Source: the human T2T-CHM13v2.0 reference genome, Homo sapiens
Direction: 5' to 3' (one strand)
Length of the DNA: 64,000 nt
Assembly (NCBI RefSeq): GCF_009914755.1
Contig: NC_060947.1
The translations under genes and the position numbers were made by a program. The notes under the pieces were generated by a model that saw nothing but the letters and a program-made list of their open reading frames with translations, was not told the origin of the DNA and ran no database searches. Below, one piece after another: positions 26,821 through 46,648 of the stretch (positions are counted from its first letter, which is position 1; each line of letters begins with the position of its first letter).

Positions 26821-27580
26821 TCAATTAGTATAAATGTTAAATTATATATACATGTTATATATTATATATAACCAGATATTTTATATACATATATATAATA
26901 TATTTAGTGATTATTAAGCCAGGCATTATTATTTGCCAGGGACTGTTCTAGGCACTGTGTATACAGCAATAAAGAACAAAAATATGCATACTGCATATGT
27001 ACTTCTGAGTTTTGCTTTACCAACTTAAATGAGCATTTCCCCATGTCATTAAATGTCTTAAAAATAACCACTTTCATTGACTGTATAGTATTCCCTTATA
27101 GTACTCGTCCAGTCCCTAATTGTTGGACATTTCAGTTGTCCATTTTTTAGCATTATAAATGAAAATTACTGTACATAATTTTTTTCTGGATTCCCCCAGT
27201 TCCTACCAGATTGAACTCTAAAAGAGGCATTGGTAGGTCAAAAGCTTATGATGCAGAGAGCTAAATTGCTTTTCAGAAAGTTTTCCATCATCTTCGTTAG
27301 GCCATTCCCTCTTCCTACTGCTTAACCTTCATAAAGAAATCCTTTTAAGGTCTTAAATGACTTTATTTTAATGTTCTCTGGTGCTCATGAATAAAAATTA
27401 CCTGGTTGGATAAACTCATGAACTTTGAAGAACATAAACTTCTGGAAGGCTGGACTGCTCCTCAGAAGATCCTGAGCCACCATTAAGATGGGACTATGTT
27501 CACTTGAGAGTCACTGGTAAGGCAAGTGGAAGGCTTTGTCAGGCAGTGCCATGATCTCCTTAGTGATTCAGAATGGGAAC

Positions 27581-28145
27581 TGTGGTGGTTTTAAAATATG
27601 GCTGCAAATTCTTTGACACACTTCCCATTGAGAGGTGGGATCTATGTCCCCTTCTGCTGAATCTGTGTGTCATGACTGCTTTGACCAGTAAAGTATGAGG
27701 GAAGTGATGCTATGTGATTTCCAAAACTACACATAGAAGGCCATTCAGTTTCCACTATGTTCATTTAAATATTCATTCTTGGAAACTGAACCAGCATGTA
27801 AGAAGTCTGGTTACTCCGAGATACCAAGCTGTAAGGAAGCCCGAGCCACATGGAGAGGCCACATATAGGCACTCTGGCAGACAGTCCCAGCTGAACCCAG
27901 TTTTTAAGTGATCTCAGGCCAGGAGCCAGACCTATGAGTGAAGAAGCCTCCAGATAATTTGAGTCCTTAGCTGTTCATCTCTTCTCAGCTGAGGCCTCAG
28001 ACATCAAGGAGAAGAGAAAAGCCTTCCCTGCTGTGCTTTTTCCAAACTCCTGACCCCTGGACTCTCGGGGCACAAAATATGGTGGTCGTTTTACACTGCT
28101 ATGTGTTTTGGGGTGCTTTGTTAGGCAGGAGTAGATAAATGGAAA
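27581..28145 (+). mobile_element. MLT1G/H-type MaLR solo LTR inserted in L2
   Basis: Starts tgtggtggttttaaaatatggctgcaaattctttgaca; internal gccacatggagaggccacat; ends ...tgctttgttaggcaggagtagataa. Confidence 0.8.
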
Positions 28146-28930
<785 letters not shown>

Positions 28931-28934
28931 AATG

Positions 28935-30260
28935 GATTCTGTGTCCTTAGGACACAGAAAACAAAGATTATAAAAGAAAAAAATGATAAACTAGATTTTA
29001 TCAAAATTTGTAATTTCTTCTCACCAAGTGACACCCTTCAGAAAATGGATAAGTAAGCCACAGACTGAGAGAAAATATTTACAACACATAAAACAAAAGA
29101 TTTATATCTATAATGTATAGAGAATGCTTATAACTCAATAATAAAAAGACAAGTAATCCAATTTAAAACGGGAAAGTGATTTGAACAGACACTTCCCAAG
29201 AGTGATATAATAAATGGCTAATAAACACATGAAAAAGTGCTCAACATCATTAGTTATTAGGAAAATACAAATCAAAACCTCTAGATACTACTACACAACC
29301 ACTGAAATGGCAAAAATAAAAAGAGTGACAATACCAGGTGTTGACAAAGGTGTGGCACAATTGGAATATTTATACACTGTTGGTGGGAGCGTAAAATGGT
29401 ACAACCACTTTGAAAAAAATTCTAGCAGTTTTATATTTAACTATGCATACTTTACCCTCTATCCCAGCAATGCTGTTTTTGGGCATTTACCCAACAGAAA
29501 AGAAATGAAAGCATACATCCACACAAACACTTGTAACAGCATGCTCATAGCAGCTCTATTTGTCATAACCTCCAAATGGGAACAACCTAAATGTCTGTGC
29601 ACTGGTGAAGGGATAAACAAACTGTGGTACAGTCATGTATTGGCATTCTACTCGGCAATACAAGGGAATGAACAACTGAATAGATAAATCTGTATATGTG
29701 GCCTCTCCATGTGGCTTGGGCTTCCTCACAGCTTGGTATCCTCAGGGTAATCAGACTTCTTACATGCTGGCCAGTGTCCAATAATGAATATTTAAATGAA
29801 CATAGTGGAAACTGAAAGGCCTTCTATGTGAAGTCTTGGAAATCACATAGCATCACTTCCTTTGTACTTTACTGGTCAAAGCAGTCATGACACACAGATT
29901 CAGCAGGAGGGGACATAGACTCCACCTTTCAACGGGAAGTGTGTTAAAGAATTTGCAGCCATATTTTAAAACCACCACAATTCCCATTCTGAATCACTAA
30001 GGTGATCATGGCACTGCCTGACAAAGGCTTCCAATTGCCTTAGCAGTTGAAATAGACCACGTTGCAAACAATCAGACCAGTGGTTGCCTCTGAGTATGTT
30101 TGTCCTCACCATAATGGGGCATGAGGGAAATTTCTGCGGTGATTGAAATGTTCTATATCTTGATAGGAGTTTGGGCTATCCCAGTATATGCGTTTGTCAA
30201 AACTTACTGAATGTTGCACTTAAGATTTGTGCATTTCTCTATAAATTTTACCTGTAACAA
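28935..30260 (+). mobile_element. Old L1M ORF2 C-terminus/3'UTR remnant, interrupted by the inverted copy
   Basis: ORF 29214-29687 translates to a degenerate ORF2 C-terminus (MANKHMKKCSTSLVIRKIQIKT...MLIAALFVITSKWEQPKC); 3'UTR motifs resume at ~30050. Confidence 0.85.
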
Positions 30261-30919
30261 TTGTAAAGGAGCAAACAGCGGATGGGATATAGGTACCAGG
30301 ATGAGACCCGCCATGAGCAATTGCAGTGAGTTGGGCATGGTAAAGTCTAGGTAAGCCCCTCCCTGAGAGCAGCAGCTTGGATTCATTGGTTGCAACCGAC
30401 TTCTGGGATTCCTCGTGGGGAACTGCCACCAAAGTGAGTGGCCTCTCTCTGGCAAGAAAATCACCTTTATCTACCTGACCAAAGAGTTACCTATTCCAGC
30501 TCAGGGAGAGCCTAAGAGTCAATTGGGGTACACAAGAGCTGTTATTGCTTTGCACTTAACATGCAAGAAGAACCATTAGGAAATTGATTCTATTTCTGAT
30601 GTGAGAAGTTTCTGAGTGAACCTAAATTGCTCCAGTTCTTGGCTCTGCCCCTATGCTCTCCTCCTCCCAGTTTACTGTTGTCTCCCACTTGGAACAAAGC
30701 AGTTGTTGGCCTTCAAATTTGCCTGAGGATGGTCTATTATGATCAGCCCAGACACAATGAGGGAGAAAGCTCTTACTGTTGCATAATTATTTTTGGTAAT
30801 TAGTAGAGCTGGGGAGTATGAAAATGACTTCCAATGTTTGTGGCTTAATAGCATGACTCTGTTTTCTTTGCAACTTTTCTCCAGTGCGAAAGTTTGCAGT
30901 CCCACAGGCATGCTCATTA

Positions 30920-31250
30920 TATTAGTCCCCCCTTATCCACAGTGGATCTGTTTCAAGACCCCCAGTGGATGCCTGAAACCACAGATAGCATCAAACCATG
31001 TATATATTATGTTTTTCCCTATACAGACATATCTATTGATAAATTTAAACTTATAAATTAGGCAGAATAAGAGACTAACAACAATAATAATACAATGGAA
31101 CAAGTATAACAATATACTGTGATAAAAGTTATGCAAATGTGTTTGAGCTCCCTTTCTCTCTCAAAATATCTTATTGTATATATTTTCAGACCATGGTTGC
31201 GAGTAACTGAAACTGTGGAAAGGAAAATCACAGATAAGGGGGGACTACTG
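30920..31250 (-). mobile_element. MER44A-like Tigger MITE
   Basis: TIRs tagtccccccttatc / gataaggggggactactg; internal gagtaactgaaactgtggaaagg. Confidence 0.8.
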
Positions 31251-31854
31251 TTTGTAAAAACAACAAAAATAGCTTTTTTTTTCTTTTTTTCTTTTTTCGT
31301 AGGCTCAGCAGAGATCCAGTCCAGGGGAAAGTGAAGAAAATGCAACCTGTTTAAGGACAGCCCTGTTTTTCTTTGAGATTTTTTTCCTGCCATGACTGCT
31401 AATGAATGATCCAAGATGTTCTTGTCGCAGTGTGATTTTTCTCCTGCTTGTTCCTAAAGAGAAGCCAAGAAGCCGAGGAATTAATGATGTCACAGTAAAA
31501 TTGTAGGGATTACACAATATGATTCTGGAAGTTAGGCTGGTGAATTTCAGATAGGAGTCAGCAGAAGCTGGGTTTCTGGGGAGAAAAAGATGCTGCGTTA
31601 CAGCCAGCATTTTTTGATGAATGCAAAGAAATGTGCCTGTTAACATAGGGTGCTTCTCCTTTCTTGAAGCAGGCAGTCAGGGTTTGCATTGAAAAAATCA
31701 AAGAGCTTGCCTTGGAAGTGCTGCATGTTGATGAGCCAACAAAGATCATAGTCGTGATGTGGCTGTTCTGATAGCTCCTCTCTGTTTCTCATCACTTACA
31801 TTGACTCCAACTTATTTTCTTATTAAGCCATATAATAAATGTTTACAAATCAGC

Positions 31855-32075
31855 ATCTAGAGAAAGCACGGGGAGTCAGGAAGCCTGGGTTTGAGGCTTG
31901 GGCCTCTCATTAACCAGCTGTATTACTTGAAGGAAGTCATGTAACATCCTATGTCTTAATCTCATCATTTAGAAAGTGTGGAGGGTAGCACCTATCTATG
32001 CCTAGCCCTCTCCTCAGGATTATTGTCAGAAGAAACGTAGAATAATGTGAGGCAAAGTACTTCACAAGAATATAA
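31855..32075 (+). mobile_element. MIR
   Basis: ggagtcaggaagcctgggtttgagg...ccagctgtattacttgaaggaagtcatgtaac...ggattattgtcagaa. Confidence 0.65.
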
Positions 32076-34566
32076 TACAAATACACCCGGTATCATATCT
32101 GTGAAATGCTTGTCTCATACACAGTACTTATGTGACCAACCAATGACAATGGGTTGTTAGTTGGTTATTCATGCTGGAATTAGGCATAAATATTTTTGTG
32201 GAGGATAGCTGGAGTGAAATTGTATAGCCATGGATTGAGCTAATTGCTGTCCAGTATATATCTGTAAGCCCCAGGAGGGGTAAATGCAATCTCATTGCCA
32301 GATGGTCTCTAGGATTTGAGTGGCCAATAGCCAAGTAGCTGCCAGTTGGTTATTTGCATGTAGTAAAGGGGTCACACCACACATAGATTTCACTCCATCT
32401 CTCTTGTGCATGTTGGTAAAGATGCAATTTCCTCCTGGGAAGCCAGAGCTACTTGCAGAAGCCTGCATGTTAAAACAGGAGGTGTCTGATGCCTGGGAAG
32501 GGTAAGAGAGGCACCAAGATGAGGGGGTGCACCCAGCTCTGCGTCAAAAAGAGTTGGTTAACTCTTCTACCCAGACCGATTGGGAGGTGGGGTTTCTGGT
32601 TAACCAACTGCTTTGCTTAATAGATATGTGCCACATGAATGGATGGCACATGCATAAAGGCACAAGAACACAGAAAATTTCTTATGGCAAAATTATATTC
32701 CATACAATCGAATGTGCCTTTGTTGATTCAAAAAGCACTTTGGGATCTTGCAGCTTCTCTCAGCAGCCACATGAACCGAGGTTACCACTGCATTGTAGAT
32801 AATGCCACTTTACATTTATAGGCTGCTTTAGTGTCTGCATGCAGCATAGAGCACTTTACGGTGTCCTATCCTCTCATCACGATTTTGATTGTCACAACAG
32901 CCCTGTGCAGTAGGTGCTGTGATTTTCTACATTCTCCTGATAGAAAACAGTTCAGAGACGTGAAATGACTTTCCTCAGGATTGGACAGCTAGAAAGGAGA
33001 AGAACTAGGACTTAAACCCAAGTGACGTGGCAATGACAGGAGTCCTGGGGTCTAGTGTGCAGAACAAGCCAATTTCAGCTATATTACAGGCTGTGGAAAA
33101 CCTATCTCAGTACTTAAAATAATACATATTTTCCTAAAGAACAGAGGAAATAATTAATTTTTCTTGGTTTTGACATGTGGGTCAATACTAGGAGTTGAGT
33201 AAGCACTATTACCATTATTCCAAGGGGCTTCACTAAGCTCTCCATTTTTACACTATCACTACAATGTAGTGATAATGTAAGTCACTCCATTCCTCCTCTC
33301 CTTCTCCCTGCCTGCCTCCCTGCTCAGCCCCCTCTTCTCTAAGAGTAGATGCAGGTATTATTAGAGAAAAATGATTATAGTTGTAGACAGCTGCTAATGC
33401 TGGTCCATGTGGCATTTGACACAGTCCCAAAAATGGGAGAAGAAAAAAAGCCAAATAGAGCACTTCCTTTGACCAGTGAGTTTTATCATCAATAAGTAGT
33501 TGGATGCCTTCTGTGCAAATAAAGGGAGAAATGTTTGCCGAGTACATTTCTAAACTGACAATGAATAGTAGTATTAGGAATGTCATCAGGCTGAGAAATC
33601 TCTTAGCAACAACTGAAAAAGCGAGACTATATTCACTTTATATTGACTTTACTGAAGATGTACTCACATCTTTTCAATGGTTCCGGGCTGGGAATAGATT
33701 TCTGGCTTGTCTCAGAATCATAAAAACTTCATCAAGTCAAAGTGTGTATTCAGCAACCCTCCCAGGGCTGTACCCATAACCATTACTCACAAAGTCTTTC
33801 ATCAATGCATGCTTTAAATGGTTACCAATTGATATTTATAAATTTCTTACTCCTCCTAAAGAATGGCGCAGGGAGAATTTGCAGCAATATCCAGGCAGGA
33901 TATTGAACTGGTGAAGCATTTTACCTAAATGGGTATTATTAGGTCTCTGCTGTAGTACAAAGGAAAGGAATTCTCTAAACAAGTCTACAAGGGCTCTGCG
34001 AGTGGCTCTTATAACTTGACTTTGGGGCTGCTGACAGGTTATGGGAATGCCATTAGAAGCTGTTTCACTACTTGATTTTCTAAACTAATATGAGACATTT
34101 TGAAGAGAGGTGCAGGGAAAAAAAATCTGGTCTCAGTACCAGGGAACTTTATGTAGAATTACTCTTTGCCAAATGTGGTGTTTCCACAAACTTCCACTGC
34201 AGCAAATGCAGCTGTTGAGAGGAATTGTACTCATGATCTGTGATTCACTAGTGGCAGACCACATGCTGGCCTGAAAAATGGCAAACTGGGAATGTTCTCT
34301 CTCTGGCTGACAGTCTCCCGTGAGCTAGTGAAAATGCAAATTCCTCATTATCAATTTGAGTTTTCATGTGGCTCACCAAGAAGCAAATTTCCCAAGAACC
34401 AACGGTCTTTATGGGAAGAAAATAACATGGCAGAAAAAGAAGGACCTGCTTCCACAGCCAGGCATTCAGCCTTATAACCTAGGTCTTCCTGTTTCTATTT
34501 ATAAACAAAGAAAACCGAATGCATTCAGAGTTATAATGCCACATTAATATTGCTAAAACTTTTCTT

Positions 34567-34871
34567 TCATTCTTTTTTTGCTTGTTTTTGACACAGGGTC
34601 TCATTCTGTCACCCAGGCTAGAGTGCAGCAGTGCAATCACGGCTCACTGCAGTCTTGACCTTGCAGACTCAAGTGATCCTCCCACCTCAGGCTCCTGAAT
34701 AGCTGGGGCCACAGGCATGCACCACCATGCTCAACTAATTTTTTTTTTTTTTTTCAGAGGCAAGGTCTTACTATGTTGCCCAGGCTGGTCTTGAACTCCT
34801 GGGCTCAAATGATCCTCCTGATTTGGCCTCCTAAAGCACTGGGATTACAAGCTTGAGCCACTGCACCTATT
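34567..34871 (-). mobile_element. AluJ
   Basis: Diverged antisense dimer; 14-bp TSD ctaaaacttttctt at 34553-34566 and 34872-34885. Confidence 0.93.
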
Positions 34872-37385
34872 CTAAAACTTTTCTTCATGCAGATGGATCA
34901 TGGAAATAGAGCAAATGTGCAGCAAGCATGGGTGACGTTTATGGACCTTGGTAACTTTCTAACAGTGCTTATTACAACATTTCACTGGCATATAAAATGA
35001 TTTGGACATTGTCATGTTCTCAGGTTACATGTGAAACAAATTTCTCTCCCTTGAGGAATATTAAAAGCCAGACTGAGGAGGAGAATGACTAAAGAGCTCT
35101 TAGAGGCTTGCATACTCACACACAGAAACAAGAGATGTTTTACTGTGCCTTAACTCTGCTGAAGGCAGCCTAGCAAGAGGGAAAACCCTGGGGAAGAAAT
35201 TGAGCATTTCCAGTTCATATAGGGATGTGAATTTTACTCACTAACGAGAATATTATAGACACATTTAGTTGATAATGTGCTTTTCACACCAGATCCTCAG
35301 TTGGGTGTCTCAGCTGGGTTTCACTTGAATTTGTTACCTTACAAAGTTAAACACAGGTTTAAGACAGACACAAAAGACTGCATATTAACACAGAGTAGCA
35401 TCTTAGACCAACTTCTTGAGGTCTATAAGAGTTAATTCAGTTGGCTATCAGAGATAGAGAGAAACGTGGGAGGCTGGGAATGAAAAGTGAGAAGAGAAAG
35501 GTGGTAGAAAAGTTCAAGAGTTCAGTAAGCCCCCCAGTAAATTGCCAAAAATATTGTTTCCTGGATTATTCAGAGTGAGATTTTCAATAGAATCTACAGG
35601 CAAATGCTAGACATCACTAGTGCCTCTGACAAATGGTTCAATCCACTGTTTGCTTTACTGGAGAAAAAAGATCATGAAACCCTTTTTCTCCATTGCTTGT
35701 TGATTACAGTGCTCCCAGAATTTCAAAGGCAATATGTAATCCAAGGGATATGACATGACGTTTAATTATGGCATCAATCCCATTCAGAATGGCTTTTGGT
35801 TTTCTTCCACACTTGCTCAAAGGTTAGCCATAGGTTGGTTGGCCATTGCTTGCTCAGGCTATTTTGAAGTCCCTCCCTGCCTTTTTTTTCTTTTTGTTTT
35901 TTTTGCAACTCCCACATCCAGAAAGTCTCATTGTTTGGCCCGGGGATGTTAGGTTGGCATAATATGCCCAGCACCAAAAAACAATTCTTCCTTGTGTCCT
36001 TTGTCGCACTCAAATGCAAAAAGCTCGAGACTTAATGAGAGTGTTAAATTAAAGTAATATGCTATTTGCATGAAGGTAATTGATCCATGAAACATATATC
36101 TTACTTAGCAATGTGGTTTGGTACATCAAGCTTATGTTGAGATGACTACTTCCTGGGCAATAAATATGCTAGAATATTTTATCAGTAGGGGCAGGAGAGA
36201 CAGCTTGAAAGATGTATTTAAAGGTGGTGGCAAGGACGGCCAACTGGCAATCGGTTTGCCAGTGCCCATTTGTCTCCAAGAGGCCACCTAGCAAAGGAGC
36301 TTGTTCTCTCCTCTCACAGACATACATCAGACAGATTATGAATAGAGTTGTATACCATAAATTAACTTGTTACTGGAGTAAAAAGTGAAGGAGAGTTGCA
36401 GTGAGAAGTAGTTTTTTCCTGTTTCACTGTGAATAACCCCCAGGAAGCCAGCTGGATTCTGGCCACTCCAAATCAAAGGCCAAATAGCAACTGGTTTCCA
36501 CTTATAGCCCTTCCAGGGTCTATGAATGTCTCTTGGAGAGTGCACACTTTCTGGAACTTATCATTACACTTTGAGGAATTTTTCAGGGAAAAGTTTTTCA
36601 ATTCAGAAAGAAACCTGATTTCTCATTGCCTGTTCACCACAAAATTTTGAAAGGGCAAACCAAATGCTAAATGTTGAAAAGGAGGAAGAAACCCAATTGT
36701 CAAATTGCCTTCAGAGTCTGTCGCACATTCCTTTGAATCTCCTCAGTGGTGACAAATCTTTGTCCTCAGAATAGGCTATATTTGAACAAACAGCTAGAAG
36801 TCATCAGGGCCCACACTGGTGGATAAGGTGGGTAATCATGCTCGGTGATGAATGTTTTGGATTTAGAAAGGAGCTGTGTCTCTCTGGGAAGGACTTTCTT
36901 GTGTGGCTTAAAAGTGAGTTTTGGAGGACATTGTGACAAAAAGTGCAGCAGAAAGTTTGGAGCACTGTTTATGTCCTTGAAATCAGTGTATATCCTCCCA
37001 TGGGTACAACTCAGAGTGGTATCATTCACTTGGTTTTGGTGGTTGGTTGAAAAACAGAAACCATATTTGACTTTGTATTCATCTGTTATATGAATGTGGG
37101 ATATAACACCTGGAGCTCTTTATAATATTTGCCCATTCTGAAAACACAATTCTTGTTTTTTTAAATTTTGTTTTATTATTATTATACTTTAAGTTTTAGG
37201 GTACATGTGCACATTGTGCAGGTTAGTTACATATGTATACATGTGCCATGCTGGTGTGCTGCACCCATTAACTCATCATTTAGCATTAGGTATATCTCCT
37301 AAAGCTATCCCTCCCCCCTTCCCCCACCCCAAAACAGTCCCCAGAGTGTGATGTTCCCCTTCCTGTGTTCATGTGTTCTCATTGT

Positions 37386-41211
<3,826 letters not shown>

Positions 41212-41274
41212 TATGATGTTAACTGGTTATTTTGCTTGTTAGTTGATGCAGTTTCTTCCTAGTCTCGATGGTCT

Positions 41275-42285
41275 TTACAATTTGGCATGATTTTGCAGTG
41301 GCTAGTAATGGTTGTTCCTTTCCATGTTTAGTGCTTCCTTCAGGAGCTCTTTTAGGGCAGGTCTGGTGGTGACAAAATCTCTCAGCATTTGCTTGTCTGT
41401 AAAGGATTTTATTTCTCCTTCACTTATGAAGCTTAGTTTGGCTGGATATGAAATTCTGGGTTGAAAATTCTTTTCTTTAAGAATGTTGAATATTGGGCCC
41501 CTTCTTCTGGCTTGTGGAGTTTCTGCGGAGAGATCCACTGTTAGTGTGATGGGCTTCCCTTTGTGGGTAACCCAATTTTTCTCTCTGACTTCCCTTAACA
41601 TTTTTTCCTTCATTTCAACTTTGGTGAATCTGACAATTATGTGTCTTGGAGTTGCTCTTCTCAAGGAGTATCTTTGAGGTGTTCTCTGTATTTCCTGAAT
41701 CTGAATTTTGGCCTGCCTTGCTAGATTGGGGAAGTTCTCCCAGATAATATCCTGCAGAGTGTTTTCCAACTTGGTTCCATTCTCCCCGTCACTTTCAGGT
41801 ACACCAATCAGATGTAGATTTGGTTTTTTCACATAGTCCCATATTTCTTGTAGGCTTTGTTCGTTTCTTTTTATTCTTTTTTCTCTAAACTTCCCTTCTT
41901 GCTTCATTTCATTCATTTGATCTTCCATCACTGATATCCTTTCTTCCAGTTGATCGCACTGGCTCCTGAGGCTTCTACATTCTTCACGTAGTTCTCGAGC
42001 CTTGGCTTTCAGCTCCATCAGCTCCTTTAAGCACTTCTCTGTATTGGTTATTCTAGTTATACATTCGTCTAAATTTTTTTCAAATTTTCAACTTCTTTGC
42101 GTTTGGTTTGAATTTCCTCCTGTAGCTCAGAGTAGTTTGATCATCTGAAGCCTTCTTCTCTCAACTCGTCAAAGTCATTCTCCATCCAGCTTTGTTCCAT
42201 TGCTAGTGAGGAGCTGCAGTCCTTTGGAGGAGGAGAGGCGCTCTGCTTTTGAGTTTCCAGTTTTTCTGCTCTGTTTTTTCCCCAT
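41275..42285 (-). pseudogene. ORF1: L1 ORF1p (RNA-binding/chaperone), disrupted
   Basis: ATG at 42285 (atggggaaaaaacagagcag); frameshift near 42250; 238-aa fragment carrying EIWDYVKKPNLHLIGVPE and RISYPAKLSF; premature stop at 41302. Confidence 0.95.
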
Positions 42286-42868
42286 CTTAGTGGTTTTATC
42301 TACTTTTGGTCTTTGATGATGGTGATGTACAGATGGGTTTTTGGTGTGGATGTCCTTTCTGTTTGTTAGTTTTCCTTCTAACAGACAGGACCCTCAGCTG
42401 CAGGTCTGTTGGAGTTTGCTAGAGGTCCACTCCAGACCCTGTTTGCCTGGGTACCAGCAGCAGTGACTGCAGAAGACCAGATTTTCGTGAACCGCGGATG
42501 CTGCTGTCTGATCGTTCCTCTGGAAGTTTTGTCTCAGAGGAGTACCCGGCCGTGTGAGGTGTCAGTCTGCCCCTACTGGGGGGTGCCTCCCAGTTAGGTT
42601 GCTCGTGGGTCAGGGTTCAGGGACCCACTTGAGGAGGCAGTCTGCCCGTTCTCAGATCTCTAGCTGCATGCTGGGAGAACCACTGCTCTCCTCAAAGCTG
42701 TCAGACAGGGACATTTAAGTCTGCAGAGGTTACTGCTGTCTTCTTGTTTGTCTGTGCCCTGCCCCCAGACGTGGAGCCTACAGAGGCAGGCAGGCCTCCT
42801 TGAGCTGTGGTGGACTCCACCCAGTTCGAGCTTCCCCGCTGCTTTGTTTACCTAAGCAAGCCTGGGCA

Positions 42869-43624
<756 letters not shown>

Positions 43625-43659
43625 TGAAAACACAATTCTTAGGGGTGATGTGGGAAAGC

Positions 43660-43860
43660 AGAAAGGATCAGACAGACCTAGTTTCACTTACTAGTTCTGT
43701 TGAGTTTTGAGCTAATTTTCTTTATCTGTAAAGTGAGGTAACAGTAATACCTACTTCACAATATAGTACTTTTTATGAGTATTGAAGGAGACCATGTACA
43801 TAAAAAAATGTAGTGCCATGCCTGGCACATATTAAGGACTCAACTAATTGTAGCTATCAT
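43660..43860 (+). mobile_element. MIR
   Basis: tttctttatctgtaaagtgaggtaacagtaatacctacttcac...agtgccatgcctggcacatattaaggactcaa. Confidence 0.7.
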
Positions 43861-43865
43861 CATCG

Positions 43866-43904
<39 letters not shown>
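43856..43904. repeat. (ATC)n trinucleotide microsatellite
   Basis: About 16 units with one GTC variant, at the MIR tail. Confidence 0.95.
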
Positions 43905-44961
43905 CTGCTGCTGCTATTACTACTATTAAGCAAACATCCAATGGTCAAGAAATGATTAGAGGACTATTTTGTAAGCATCCACTGATAGGATGGCACTGCT
44001 TCAGGCAGGGGATGTGGGAGTGGAGGAGGGAGAGGCAAGGTCTTGGGCAGACGAAACTATGAGGACAGAATGAAGGTGATTTGGGACTGCCCATCTCCGT
44101 CTGTTTGTGGGATTTCCATTTTTAGCAGGTAATGTTTGTTTTTTAGGGAAGTTGGTAATGAGAGATTTGTTTAGAGTTTATTATGTAAATGGTTAGGGGT
44201 CAAAAAACCATATTGATATTCCCCTCAATTAGGCTGGAAATATTTAAAACATTTGGACAATTAACTGCCTTGTTTATATGAACACTATAATAAATTAAAA
44301 CATACCAGACTGGTCAGAAATCACCACACAAAAACAAATAAACAAACGAAAAACCCAGGATCAACAAGGTGAAATTTTAACTGGAGCTGAGATTTTTTTT
44401 TCTCTCCAAGTCACTCTGTGCCCATCAATTTTGTGCTGTTAGGTCACTTTTGCCTTGGAGTCCCTTTTTTTAAACTGATGAGTTTTACAGTAATGAGGAT
44501 ATTTAAAAGTAGGCTCTGGGGTTTAAAAAATGTGTTATGAATATGTTTCATTTGCAGAAAGTGACTTAGTTGATGCACAAACTTAGGCAAAAGTTCACGT
44601 GGAGTGACTTTGAGAGAGCTCCTGGTAATAAGAGATATGGTTGAGATGAGCAGCTGCAAATTTCTCCTTGCTGTTCTTTAGCGGGAGTAGAAAATTTCTC
44701 AGTATCAATTGGAAGACAACTGGTGGGAAAATTCTTGTCTCATACACTTCTGCCTCCTTAGCCTCCTACCCTGAAGTAAAGCTCACTAGCAGGATCATAA
44801 ATTAAGAAGATCCAGAAGTCATGCTAATGGAAGAGAGGTATGTCTGTTGAATACAGGCCTTCATTTGAAAGGAAAGGCACCATGGGAGATGCCTGTGCCT
44901 GTTGGATTTATTCCACTCCACCAAGGCTCTCTGACCACTATGGAATCTTCATCTTCCATTC

Positions 44962-45325
44962 CTTTATTGTGATAAAAAGCACATAACATGAAACTTACCA
45001 TCCTATTTTTTAGTATGTAGTCCAGTAATGTTAAGTATATTCACATTTTTGTACGACAGATCTCCAGAACTTTTTCAGCTTCCCAAACTGAACTCTAGAC
45101 CCTTGAAATACCAACTCTTATTCCCCCCTTCCCTCAGTCTCTATGAATTTGACTACTCTAGTTATCTCATGTAAGTGGAATCATACAGTATTTGTCTTTT
45201 TGTGACTGGCTTCTTTTACTTAGCATAATGCAGAATTTCTTTTCTTCTGAAGGCTGAGTAAGATTCTATTATATAGATATTTTACATTTCATCTATCCAT
45301 TCATCTATCAATGAACATTGGATAC
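44962..45325 (-). mobile_element. L1MA/MB 3'UTR fragment
   Basis: ctatgaatttgactactcta...ctcatgtaagtggaatcatacagtatttgtctttttgtgactggctt. Confidence 0.8.
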
Positions 45326-46612
45326 ATCTCATTTTAAAGGGATCTTTCCTCCACTGACCCTACCTTACATTCCCACACAGCATAACATTTGAAAAGATTC
45401 TGAAGGCAATTAGGGAGAGTGCACTTCATGAATTAGCAAAATGAGAGAAGAGAGAAGAACATTATTTAATTTGTCCTGATTCCTGCGTGCTGACGAAAAC
45501 CCGTAGCTGAAGTATAAGTCAAAAATGTCTTGGGCTTGGGATTTTCTCCAAATCTCAGTTTTCATAGACACAAGAGCCCCCCCCTTTCTTTCTGTTAACA
45601 CAACCTCTAAAAAATAATGAACAGGTTTTCAAACTGTATAAGATTTAGCTTGTCAATAATATAATAAAAAGAGGGATTGTGTATGAAAACCTCTAGCACA
45701 CTGGTTAGTGACATAGAAGGCTTAACAAATACTGGATAGAATAATTATTAACATACAATTAACTATTTCATGAATATGGATCGTGTGCCTTCTATGTGCA
45801 AGGCCCTATTGAGCGTTCGATATAAAACATTTGGCAACTGGGAGGGGTTTAGAACTATGAATCAACATAGCTACTTTTTCCTGAGCTTGTAAAAAAAAAA
45901 ATCTGAGAAAATTTGACAAAGGCTGTTTATTCATAAACTTGTGGCCATCATTTTCGTTTTAGTGGGGGTACAAAAGTGTTAGAAAGGACAGTAAGTTCTA
46001 GAATATAAAAGAGGAGATACTGAGAAAGCCTCTGATTGGCAAACATTTTATTAGAATGGGAATTTTAGAATGAGGGGAGACTTTGTAAACGGTCTTCAGG
46101 TATATTTGGCAGTCCTTGGTTGGCTGCAAGGGGGCAAACAAGCAGTTTGGTGACATTTCAAAAGAGAAAAAAAAGTATTCAATGTTAAGGGTAGAGGATT
46201 TTCTGACTGTTTCCCTGAATAAGTAGGGGTCGATGGAGTGTCTTTGGTGTCAAACATTTGTCACGGTCCTTACAGTAAAGGGTTGTCATGCAAGCAGCTC
46301 TCGAGCAACTTCTGTATGTCAGGTTCTTAGCCCATGTTACATCACTCTAATCAGCACAGCAAAACTGGGGAAGAAATGTATTTCAAGACGAAGAAACTGA
46401 AGTACACAGAGTCTAAATAACTTGTCTGATGACACACAGCAGGTAAGTTGCAGGGTCAGGACTTGAATCCCCTGCTCTGAACCCTTCTTTGATATTCCCT
46501 AGAAAAGGTGATCTATAGGGAAAGATGGGAAGGAAAAACACTAGTTCTGTTACAGAAAAGAAAGCTAAGACATGTGCATGGTGGGGAGGCATTTGTTCTT
46601 ACCATTAAAATT

Positions 46613-46643
<31 letters not shown>

Positions 46644-46648
46644 CCATC
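46613..46648. repeat. (ATC)n microsatellite
   Basis: About 11 units seen directly. Confidence 0.9.

Noticed and set aside
29214-29687. 157-aa ORF resembling a real protein
   Set aside because: It is the decayed ORF2 C-terminus of an old L1, not a host gene.
45850-46330. Possible old LTR fragment
   Set aside because: I could not define termini, a TSD or a family from the sequence alone.
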